Source: an uncultured Thermodesulfovibrio sp.
GTDB lineage: Bacteria; Nitrospirota; Thermodesulfovibrionia; Thermodesulfovibrionales; Dissulfurispiraceae
Length of the DNA: 59,961 nt
NCBI GenBank assembly: GCA_964411065.1
Contig: CAYPJO010000001.1
Coordinates: forward strand, 9,352-69,312
Reading direction: 5' to 3'
Position numbers and translations under genes: made by a program. A model generated the notes under the pieces. That model was given only the letters and a program-made list of their open reading frames with translations. It did not search any database and was not told the origin of the DNA. Shown here one piece after another: positions 41,182-48,549 of this stretch (the stretch's first letter is position 1; each line of letters starts with the position of its first letter).

Positions 41182-42051
41182 TTAAACCTTTATTCTACCA
41201 ACAGCAATTAGAGAACCTATCGCACCCAAAAATAAACCGAGGATTACTGAGATAGGAACAACCTGCCAAGGGATAATTATTCCTCCAACTATTGGAATAA
41301 CTGGAGCCACATGATGCTTAAATAAAAAATATATAAAAACAGTAACTATAGCGCTCAAAATTCCACCACAACTACCTAAAATAATTCCCTCCAAAATAAA
41401 AGGAGTCCTTATAAAACCGTTGGTAGCACCAAGAAGTTTAAGAATCTCGATTTCGCTTTTTTTGCGATAAAATAGTATCTTTACGGTACTATATGAAATA
41501 AACACTACAATTACTGAGACTATTAGAAAAAGGATTATCCCGATACTTTGAGATGATTTTCTTAGAATATAAATTTTTTGGGCTATCCTCTCACCAAAAT
41601 ATAGATCATCGATGCCCTGTATACTCTTGATACTTTCTGAAATCCTCGATAAAGACTCTAAGGACACAAAATCTTTTTTTAATTTGAGCTCCATGTAAGG
41701 TGAAAGAGGATTCTCATCAAGACCTTCTAAAATAATATTAGCACCCTTAACAGTTTTCTTGAATTCTTGTAAGGCTTCAGATTTTGAGAAATATTTTATT
41801 TCCATTATCTCATCCATCTTTCTTAATTGGTTAATTATTTTTTCGGCTTCTTCCTTTGAAATGCTATCTTTTAAGTATACAACTATAGAAAAAAGTTCTG
41901 GTAATCGGTTAGTGGCAAGATGAAAGTTATAAACTAAAACAAAAGTTATCAACAATATCAGAAAGCTCGAAGCAATGGAAAGGACAGAAAGCAAATTAAC
42001 CCATTTCTCCCTATAGATACTTTTTAAAGCTGTTTTAAGAATATAAGACAT
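41182..42051 (-). CDS. ftsX: Cell division permease-like protein FtsX
   Basis: 4-TM topology with a periplasmic loop. Located downstream of ftsE. Confidence 0.9.
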   Translation of the reverse strand: MSYILKTALKSIYREKWVNLLSVLSIASSFLILLITFVLVYNFHLATNRLPELFSIVVYLKDSISKEEAEKIINQLRKMDEIMEIKYFSKSEALQEFKKTVKGANIILEGLDENPLSPYMELKLKKDFVSLESLSRISESIKSIQGIDDLYFGERIAQKIYILRKSSQSIGIILFLIVSVIVVFISYSTVKILFYRKKSEIEILKLLGATNGFIRTPFILEGIILGSCGGILSAIVTVFIYFLFKHHVAPVIPIVGGIIIPWQVVPISVILGLFLGAIGSLIAVGRIKV

Positions 42052-42061
42052 ATTCTGTATA

Positions 42062-42712
42062 TCAACCCTTCTCTATTAGATTTCCTTCATCTAGCCTCAA
42101 AACTCTTCTCCATGTATTTCTAAATAACTCTCTATAATGAGTAGCTATTATCGTTGTTACTCCTTCAATATTTAGCTCTTTTATCAACTGCATTATGGCT
42201 GTCGCAGTGTTAGGATCAAGATTTGCTGTAGGTTCATCAGCAAGAATTAGTTCAGGCTTTGAGGCAATGGCTCTTGCTATAACAACCCTCTGCTGTTCAC
42301 CACCAGAAAGGGAAGGAGGATAAGCATCAACTTTATGTCTCAAATGAACTTTTTTTAATGCATCATAGACTCTTTCTGTTACATTTTTCTCCTTTTTTAT
42401 TCTCAAACTCAAAGCAACGTTTTCAAATACTGTTAAATTATTTATTAGTTTAAAATCCTGAAATATAATACCTATGTTTCTCCGCAGATAGGGTATTTGA
42501 GAACGTCTAAGAGTGGAGAGCTTGAAATCTCCTACAATAATCTCTCCTTCATCAGGCTTTTCAGCCATGTAAATCAGCTTAAGAAGTGTTGTTTTACCTG
42601 AACCAGTAGGACCAGTTACATAAACCATTTCACCTTTATTAATTTGAAAGGTAATTTTTCTTAAAACGGTTATATTTTCATAGCTTTTCGTTACATTATT
42701 AAATATCACCAT
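42062..42712 (-). CDS. ftsE: Cell division ATP-binding protein FtsE
   Basis: Walker A GPTGSGKTT, signature LSGGEQQRV, Walker B ILADEP. Confidence 0.95.
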   Translation of the reverse strand: MVIFNNVTKSYENITVLRKITFQINKGEMVYVTGPTGSGKTTLLKLIYMAEKPDEGEIIVGDFKLSTLRRSQIPYLRRNIGIIFQDFKLINNLTVFENVALSLRIKKEKNVTERVYDALKKVHLRHKVDAYPPSLSGGEQQRVVIARAIASKPELILADEPTANLDPNTATAIMQLIKELNIEGVTTIIATHYRELFRNTWRRVLRLDEGNLIEKG

Positions 42713-42719
42713 CGATCAC

Positions 42720-43712
42720 TCATTGCAGACTATCTAAAGCTACATTGACAATATCATCACTTGTTAATCCAAAAAAATTAAGTAGTTCTTGAGGAGTGCC
42801 TGAAAGACCAAAGGAGTCTCTCACTCCAATTCTTCTAATTTTAATGGGATGGTTTTCAGATAAAAACTCAGAAACAGCCCCACCTAAACCACCTATTATT
42901 GAGTGCTCTTCGGCGGTAATGATCAATTTTGAGCAGCTGGCAATCTCTAAAAGCACCTCTGTATCGAGGGGTTTCACAGTAGACATATTAATAATCCCAG
43001 CATCAATACCCTTACTTCTAAGGATGTCTCTTGCCTTTAGGGCTTCTGATACCATTATTCCGTTTGCTATTATATTAACCACGGATCCAATGTTATATAT
43101 ATGGGCTTTACCAATTTTGAATTCATAATTTTCAGGGCTAACAGAGGGAATCTTAGCTCTCCCTAATCTTACATAAACAGGGCCATGATACTCAGCTACA
43201 CTTTTAATAACCTGTTCGGTCTCAAAACCATCGGCAGGCACAATAACAGTCATATTAGGTATAACCCTCATTAAAGCGACATCTTCAAGGGATTGATGAG
43301 AGGCTCCATCCTCACCAACAGTTAATCCGCCATGGGTGGCAACAATTTTAACATTCAAATAGGAGTAACAAATTGTCTGTCTAATCTGTTCCCATGCTCT
43401 TCCTGTTGCAAATATCGCAAAGGTGGAGGCAAAAGGTATTTTCCCTGCTAAAGAAAGTCCTGCTGCAGTACCTATCATATCTTGTTCACTGACCCCGATA
43501 TTGAAAAACCTATGGGGAAAAAGTGTTGCGAATTTTTTTGTCCTTGTGGATCCAGAAAGATCGGCATCGAGAACTACAACATTTTCATTAATACTTCCAA
43601 GCTCAGCAAGGGCTTCACCATAGGCATCCCTTGTGGCTATACTTACTCCGAAAAGACTTTTTTTATTCATCCTATTCGTAAAATCTTGTGCTCTACTACC
43701 CATCTTCACCAA
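42720..43712 (-). CDS. Transketolase, C-terminal (pyrimidine-binding) subunit
   Basis: ATRDAYGEAL start region and the FNIGVSEQDMIG motif. The true start may be ATG 43670 (MNKKS...), which removes the overlap with the N-terminal subunit gene. Confidence 0.9.
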   Translation of the reverse strand: MVKMGSRAQDFTNRMNKKSLFGVSIATRDAYGEALAELGSINENVVVLDADLSGSTRTKKFATLFPHRFFNIGVSEQDMIGTAAGLSLAGKIPFASTFAIFATGRAWEQIRQTICYSYLNVKIVATHGGLTVGEDGASHQSLEDVALMRVIPNMTVIVPADGFETEQVIKSVAEYHGPVYVRLGRAKIPSVSPENYEFKIGKAHIYNIGSVVNIIANGIMVSEALKARDILRSKGIDAGIINMSTVKPLDTEVLLEIASCSKLIITAEEHSIIGGLGGAVSEFLSENHPIKIRRIGVRDSFGLSGTPQELLNFFGLTSDDIVNVALDSLQ

Positions 43713-44535
43713 GCTCCTTTAAAGCAATTTTAAGCTCCTCTTCAGTTGGTGCTATACCATGATATTCAACTTTGTCCTCAAAAATAGAGACCCCTTTACC
43801 TTTAATTGTCTTTGCTATAATAATCGTTGGTTTATTCTTAATACTTTCGGCCCTATCGAGAGCTTCCACTATCTCTTCCATATTATGCCCATTTATTTGA
43901 ATAACATGCCAACCGAAGGCCTCCCATTTCTTCGCAACAGGCTCAATCCTCATTACATCTGAACATCTACCATCTATTTGTAAATCGTTTAAGTCCACAA
44001 TAGCGCAAAGATTGTCTATGGAATAATGACTGGCTGTCATTGCTGCCTCCCACACTTGTCCTTCCTGTATTTCTCCGTCTCCTAATAAACAGTATACCCT
44101 TGCATTAATCTTATTCAATCTCAAACCCAGTGCGAGACCATTAGCAATAGAAAGACCCTGTCCCAGAGAACCTGTAGAGACTTCCACCCCCTTTAAAAGT
44201 TTAGAGGAGGGGTGTCCCTGTAAAGGTGAATTCAGTTTCCTTAAAGTGTTTAGTAATCTCATATCAAAATAACCGGCGAGGGCTAAAGCCGCATATAAAA
44301 GAGGAGCTGCATGCCCTTTTGAGAGAATAAACCTATCCCTTTCAGGCCATTCTGGATCATGAGGTTTATGCTTCATCTTATAAAAATAAAGGGCTGTTAC
44401 AATATCTGCTGAAGATAGAGAACCACCCGTATGACCCGAGCCTGCTTCTGTGAGCATCTTTAAGATAGCTACTCTTACCATGCGAGCCTTCTCTTTTAAA
44501 AAATTGGTATCCCTGCTTTGAATTAAAGTAGACAT
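43696..44535 (-). CDS. Transketolase, N-terminal (TPP-binding) subunit
   Basis: GSGHTGGSLS and GDGEIQEGQVWEA TPP-binding motifs. Confidence 0.92.
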   Translation of the reverse strand: MSTLIQSRDTNFLKEKARMVRVAILKMLTEAGSGHTGGSLSSADIVTALYFYKMKHKPHDPEWPERDRFILSKGHAAPLLYAALALAGYFDMRLLNTLRKLNSPLQGHPSSKLLKGVEVSTGSLGQGLSIANGLALGLRLNKINARVYCLLGDGEIQEGQVWEAAMTASHYSIDNLCAIVDLNDLQIDGRCSDVMRIEPVAKKWEAFGWHVIQINGHNMEEIVEALDRAESIKNKPTIIIAKTIKGKGVSIFEDKVEYHGIAPTEEELKIALKELGEDG

Positions 44536-44644
44536 AGTACTCTCACCTTCTAATTTTTACTCCTGTTCAAATTAAAAACATATAAACTATTATAAAAGAA
44601 AGGCTTAAAAAAAGAAATTACAGAAAAATTAGATTTAACTATTA

Positions 44645-44653
44645 TGATATAAT
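44645..44653 (+). promoter_or_regulatory. Candidate extended -10 promoter element TGATATAAT for the dCMP deaminase gene
   Basis: Perfect TGnTATAAT about 62 nt upstream of ATG 44716. No experimental support. Confidence 0.35.
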
Positions 44654-44715
44654 GATTCGCTGTAAATTTTAGCAACGAACTTTCAAATAATAGAATATAA
44701 ATTAGAATTAGGTAG

Positions 44716-45162
44716 ATGTCTTACTATAAACGACCCTCCTGGGATGAATATTTTATAGAGATCGCTAAGGTGGTATCATCCCGTTCCACCTGTCTTAGAC
44801 GTAGATATGGTGCTGTAATCGTTAAAGATAATGTAATAATAAGCACCGGCTATAATGGCGCACCCAGAGGATCCATTAACTGCATCGATATACAGAAATG
44901 TAAAAGAAAAGAGCTAAATATACCAGCAGGTGAGCGATATGAACTCTGTGAGGCTGTTCATGCTGAACAAAATGCCATAATAAACGGCCCTCCAGATAGA
45001 ATGAAGGATGCAACGATATATATAGCCGGATTTGAGAATGATAATTCTTTTGCAGATGCTAAGCCCTGTCTATTATGTAATAGAATGATTAGAAACGCCC
45101 AAATAAAAGCTGTTGTTTACTTATCAAAAGAAGGCTATATTATTAAGGAGCAATTTAGTTAA
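44716..45162 (+). CDS. Deoxycytidylate (dCMP) deaminase / ComEB-type zinc deaminase
   Basis: HAEQNAI and PCLLCNRMI zinc-binding motifs. Confidence 0.9.
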   Translation: MSYYKRPSWDEYFIEIAKVVSSRSTCLRRRYGAVIVKDNVIISTGYNGAPRGSINCIDIQKCKRKELNIPAGERYELCEAVHAEQNAIINGPPDRMKDATIYIAGFENDNSFADAKPCLLCNRMIRNAQIKAVVYLSKEGYIIKEQFS

Positions 45163-45528
45163 AAATATAACTTTCTACAACTATATAAATATAAAATAAG
45201 TCTTTCTCATAGGCATATTTTTCTACAATGTAGAAGGTGATGAATATATGATTCATAATTACTGAAATAGCGAGGATCGAGCATTTTTAGTAGTCTTTAA
45301 CTATTTTGGTTCCTTATTCTAGAATAAATAAAGATGACCACAGTAAATAGCCTTTAAGTATTAAGTTAAACCAATTCTAAGATTTAGAAACAGTCTATCT
45401 AAGAAATCAATATGATCAACAATACGATGATTCACAAAATCATGATTTAATATTGAATAAACCTATTTATTTACATTTTAAATATCCTCTTAAATATCCT
45501 CAAAAATCTCATATCTACTTTTAACTAA

Positions 45529-46548
45529 CTATTTATCTCTGTCCACTGCTATTATAAATGCTTTCAGCTTTTCCATCATCTCTGAGAATTTTGATGGTAT
45601 TAACGATTGTTGCCCATCCGACAGAGCTTTTTCTGGATCTGGATGCACTTCTATCATAATACCATCTGCGCCTGCTGCAATTGCAGCAAAGGACATAGGG
45701 GGAACATACTTAGCATAACCTGTACCATGAGATGGATCAACAATAACTGGCAAATGGGTCTCCTCTTTTAAAACAGGTATCGCAGAAAGATCGAGTGTAT
45801 TACGAGTTTTTGTTTCAAAAGTTCTTATACCTCTTTCACAAAGAATGACAGATTGATTGCCTTCACTTAAAATATACTCTGCGCTCATCAGTAATTCCTG
45901 TATAGTCATAGACATACCTCTTTTAAGTAAAACGGGCTTCTTAAGCTGGCCAACCTTCTTTAAAAGTTCATAGTTCTGCGAATTCCTGGTACCTATTTGT
46001 AAAATATCAGAATATTCGGCTACAAGCTCTGCAGTTTCAGGGTTTAAAACCTCGGTAACTACAGGAAGTCCAGAAATTTCCCTTGCCTTCGCAAGAAGCT
46101 TTAAGCCTTCTTCTTTTAATCCCTGGAAAGTATATGGAGAAGTACGGGGCTTATAGGCACCACCTCTAAGAATATCAGCTCCAGCCTCCTTCACTGCAAG
46201 GGCAACTTTTATTATTTGATCCTCATTCTCTATAGCACAAGGTCCTGCGATTACCACTATTTTTCTTCCACCAATTGAAACAGAATCTGTTATTTTAATC
46301 ATCGTTGGTTCTTTTTTAACCTCCTTAGATGCAAGTTTGTAGGGCTTAAGAATAGGCACTACCTTTTCTACGCCACTTAAGCATTCCAATGACTGTAAAA
46401 TAAATTTGCCCCTTTCATCTCCTACTGCACCTATAACATCTCTTGTTGTACCGTGAATTACATGAGGTTTATAGCCGAGCTCTTTGATCTTGTTAATTAC
46501 CTCTTCCTTTTCTTCTTGCAAAGCCTCTGGCTTCATTACAATGATCAT
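45529..46548 (-). CDS. aroF: 3-deoxy-7-phosphoheptulonate (DAHP) synthase, type I-beta, with N-terminal ferredoxin-like regulatory domain
   Basis: N-terminus MIIVMKPEA...VIGAVGD...[14 protein letters not shown] followed by a KDO8PS-like barrel (GPCAIE, KPRTSPY, DPSH). Start set at ATG 46548 (GGAGG 8 nt upstream). The upstream TTG lies within the RBS. Confidence 0.93.
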   Translation of the reverse strand: MIIVMKPEALQEEKEEVINKIKELGYKPHVIHGTTRDVIGAVGDERGKFILQSLECLSGVEKVVPILKPYKLASKEVKKEPTMIKITDSVSIGGRKIVVIAGPCAIENEDQIIKVALAVKEAGADILRGGAYKPRTSPYTFQGLKEEGLKLLAKAREISGLPVVTEVLNPETAELVAEYSDILQIGTRNSQNYELLKKVGQLKKPVLLKRGMSMTIQELLMSAEYILSEGNQSVILCERGIRTFETKTRNTLDLSAIPVLKEETHLPVIVDPSHGTGYAKYVPPMSFAAIAAGADGIMIEVHPDPEKALSDGQQSLIPSKFSEMMEKLKAFIIAVDRDK

Positions 46549-46564
46549 GATTACTACCTCCTTC

Positions 46565-46603
46565 AAAAAGGTAAAGCCGAGAGGTTGCCCCTCCCGGCTT
46601 TAC
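46565..46603 (-). terminator. Intrinsic terminator-like hairpin in the DAHP synthase leader (attenuator terminator)
   Basis: RNA GUAAAGCCGGGAGG-GGCAA-CCUCUCGGCUUUAC forms a 14-bp stem (13 Watson-Crick pairs plus 1 GU). It is followed by CUUUUU and then directly by the GAAGGAGG RBS. Confidence 0.6.
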
Positions 46604-46608
46604 CAGAT

Positions 46609-46658
46609 ACCAGAACAAAACCGGGGCAACCTCTTCGTCTATCCCCGGTTTCTGGTTT
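46609..46658 (-). promoter_or_regulatory. Alternative leader RNA structures (antiterminator and anti-antiterminator segments)
   Basis: GAGGUUGCCCC (46633-46623) is perfectly complementary to GGGGCAACCUC inside the terminator (46591-46581). ACCAGAAACCGGGG (46656-46643) pairs with CCCCGGUUUUGUUCUGGU (46626-46609) and shares the CCCC. Confidence 0.5.
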
Positions 46659-46688
46659 ATTTCTACGTTTTGTTTTTTCTCTCCGTCA

Positions 46689-46778
46689 CTAATTTAACCA
46701 TAGACCGGTGATAGACGGCATAAAGAAGAAGCTCCACCACCAGTTAAAGTTAAAATTATTGACGGCAAATTTACGCAT
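46689..46778 (-). CDS. Candidate aromatic-rich leader peptide MRKFAVNNFNFNWWWSFFFMPSITGLWLN (29 aa)
   Basis: Hand-translated and verified base by base. It contains 4 Trp and 6 Phe, including WWW-S-FFF. The stop lies about 30 nt upstream of the first leader hairpin. It is below the size cutoff of the ORF track. Confidence 0.5.
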   Translation of the reverse strand: MRKFAVNNFNFNWWWSFFFMPSITGLWLN

Positions 46779-46786
46779 TTAGATTA

Positions 46787-46817
46787 ATTATATAAAACGA
46801 TCAGTACATAATGTCAA
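46787..46817 (-). promoter_or_regulatory. Sigma-70-type promoter candidate TTGACA-N17-TATATA(AT) for the leader transcript
   Basis: Consensus -35 at 46817-46812. -10 TATATA at 46794-46789, or TATAAT at 46792-46787. The predicted start is only a few nt before the leader ATG. Confidence 0.45.
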
Positions 46818-46861
46818 CCCAAATTCTGGTATTGTGGTTAGCAATCTTATGTTGAGATAGG

Positions 46862-47071
46862 TCACTTCGCAATAGATTTAAAGTAATTGATTAATCTTTT
46901 AAACTTAAAGGAGATATGAATAACGCTAAGAAACAGAGTAAAATAAGCAAAGTAACGGTGAGGAAGAAATTTCCGCAACTCCAGTTCCGACTGTATATAT
47001 CCAGTTATAGCAGTGAAAATTATAAAGACAATCAAGAAAAGGCTCGTTAAGTATTCAAAGTGTCTCTTCAT
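46862..47071 (-). CDS. Small membrane protein, two predicted TM helices, three His residues
   Basis: 69 aa with the hydrophobic segments LTSLFLIVFIIFTAITGYI and YFAYFTLFLSVIHISF. Begins 4 nt after the SagB-like gene stop. Confidence 0.5.
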   Translation of the reverse strand: MKRHFEYLTSLFLIVFIIFTAITGYIQSELELRKFLPHRYFAYFTLFLSVIHISFKFKRLINYFKSIAK

Positions 47072-47075
47072 AAAA

Positions 47076-47867
47076 TTAGAGCTTCCCTATAGTTTGGATC
47101 GCTACTACAGACTCTTTTATGCCGTCGACTCCAATCAGTTTGTTTATAGAATCGTCAAAAAAAGCTCCAATTACTGTACTGCCCAATCCTAAGGAAGTGG
47201 CTTGAAGATATAGATTCTGGCTAATATGACCTGCTTCCATATAAACATATCTATAACCTCTTTCACCATACTTAGATCGAACTCTGTCAAATATAGCGGA
47301 AAGGAGAAAAACCACACCAGCATCTCTAACCATTTCTTGATCTATAGATGCTTTTAGGAGTTCCCTTCTGAAGTCGCCTTCTTTTATAAGCACTATAGCA
47401 TGATCTCTAATACAGTAATGATATATACCTTGCTTGAGGTTCTCAATATTGTTAGCAACTATGTAAACCTCAAAAGGATAGAGAGCTCCTGCAGAGGGTG
47501 CAGTTCTAAGATAGGTCCCATAGATTTTACCAGTTATTCCTTGTGCTGAAAAAAGGAGCTGAGAAAGTTCTTTTGTTGTAAGAGCTTTTTTTGAATACTC
47601 TCTTATAGATCTCCTTTTTATTAAAGCTTCTTCAAAGGTGATCCCTTTAAAGTCAGGTGGAGGTAATTTAATCTTCGGTTTGTCAGGGTATTCCTTAAAG
47701 TCAGGCGGTTTTACAGGTTTAGGAGTGAGGAGATCTTTCAGAATCTGTCCCCATGTATGCTTGGTTTCGCGATGGAATCTCTCACCTATGGTTTCACCAT
47801 AACCTACTGAAAATAGTGAGAAGATAAATGAAAGGAGCAATAAGAGTGATGTACTAAAGGAGGACAT
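47076..47867 (-). CDS. SagB/ThcOx-type nitroreductase-fold dehydrogenase with N-terminal signal or anchor sequence
   Basis: RRSIREYS, PSAGALYP and the GYRYVYMEAGH region are typical of the SagB-type subfamily. The N-terminus MSSFSTSLLLLLSFIFSLFSVGYG is Sec-signal-like. Confidence 0.78.
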   Translation of the reverse strand: MSSFSTSLLLLLSFIFSLFSVGYGETIGERFHRETKHTWGQILKDLLTPKPVKPPDFKEYPDKPKIKLPPPDFKGITFEEALIKRRSIREYSKKALTTKELSQLLFSAQGITGKIYGTYLRTAPSAGALYPFEVYIVANNIENLKQGIYHYCIRDHAIVLIKEGDFRRELLKASIDQEMVRDAGVVFLLSAIFDRVRSKYGERGYRYVYMEAGHISQNLYLQATSLGLGSTVIGAFFDDSINKLIGVDGIKESVVAIQTIGKL

Positions 47868-47959
47868 ATTTGCCTTAAGGAGTTATAAAAACTTACCTTA
47901 AAAGGACGATTAAACTATGAATGTTGCCCATCTTTATTAGAAAAAATTTGACGAGGGTA

Positions 47960-48436
47960 TTATTCCCCACTCGCTTTTGCACTAGTAAGAGCAATTACAT
48001 CGAACTTTACTATAAGCTCTCGCGGTTCTCTATAGTTACGAACCCTTGCATCAATTTCTTTAATTACGAGATGAGGGGTTCGAGTCTCTATCTCATAAAT
48101 AACCTCTGTTAAAGCTCTTATATCAGGTATTACCGTATCAATGCTAACACTTATCATTTTATAGTTGCCTAAGTCCTCAGCTTTGCCTACCCTCTCACTT
48201 GAGATTGTCCCACCCCTACTTATTATTATACCTTTAACCATCTCTTGGAGTGAGGCAGCTGCTAAGGACAGAGTCTGACCCTCGATAAGTTTATTTTCTT
48301 CAAGCTTTTTAGTATCCTTAAGAGTAGCTATCAATTTCTCGAGTTCAGGTTTTTCTGCTATGAGCTGATTATATTTTTGAAGAGTCTTTGTTTTTAAGCT
48401 AATAGATTCCTGAGTAGCCAGGTACTTATCTTCCAA
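47960..48436 (-). CDS. GspM/PilO-like assembly protein (periplasmic part). The N-terminal TM segment lies upstream, behind an in-frame TAA.
   Basis: Coiled-coil plus ferredoxin-like C-terminal pattern. Last gene of the pseudopilin operon. See the finding on 48437-48523. Confidence 0.6.
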   Translation of the reverse strand: MEDKYLATQESISLKTKTLQKYNQLIAEKPELEKLIATLKDTKKLEENKLIEGQTLSLAAASLQEMVKGIIISRGGTISSERVGKAEDLGNYKMISVSIDTVIPDIRALTEVIYEIETRTPHLVIKEIDARVRNYREPRELIVKFDVIALTSAKASGE

Positions 48437-48549
48437 ACGAAGATAACCATGTTCGTATACTGCTAATGAGATAAGAATGATAATTATTGGAATAGATAAC
48501 TTAAAAAACTTTTTTTTTTCATCAACTTAAAATTAATCTATTATAGATA

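Noticed and set aside
42720-44535. Transketolase split into two ORFs as a possible frameshifted pseudogene
   Set aside because: Both halves are complete domain-sized genes with their own starts. The two-subunit transketolase is a well-known arrangement in many bacteria and archaea.
45217-45231. TTCTAC-AAT-GTAGAA hairpin between dCMP deaminase and aroF as a bidirectional terminator
   Set aside because: It has only a 6-bp AT-rich stem and no U/T run on either strand, which is too weak to call.
46453-46711. Two plus-strand ORFs (79 and 75 aa) spanning the DAHP synthase start and its leader region
   Set aside because: They are the antisense of the aroF 5' end and of the GC-rich attenuator stems. 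The openness of these frames is explained by the RNA structure elements, not by coding.
47076-47867. SagB-type dehydrogenase as a marker of a thiazole/oxazole RiPP (TOMM) biosynthetic cluster
   Set aside because: There is no YcaO or cyclodehydratase, no docking protein, no precursor peptide ORF and no ABC exporter nearby. Stand-alone SagB-type nitroreductases are common.
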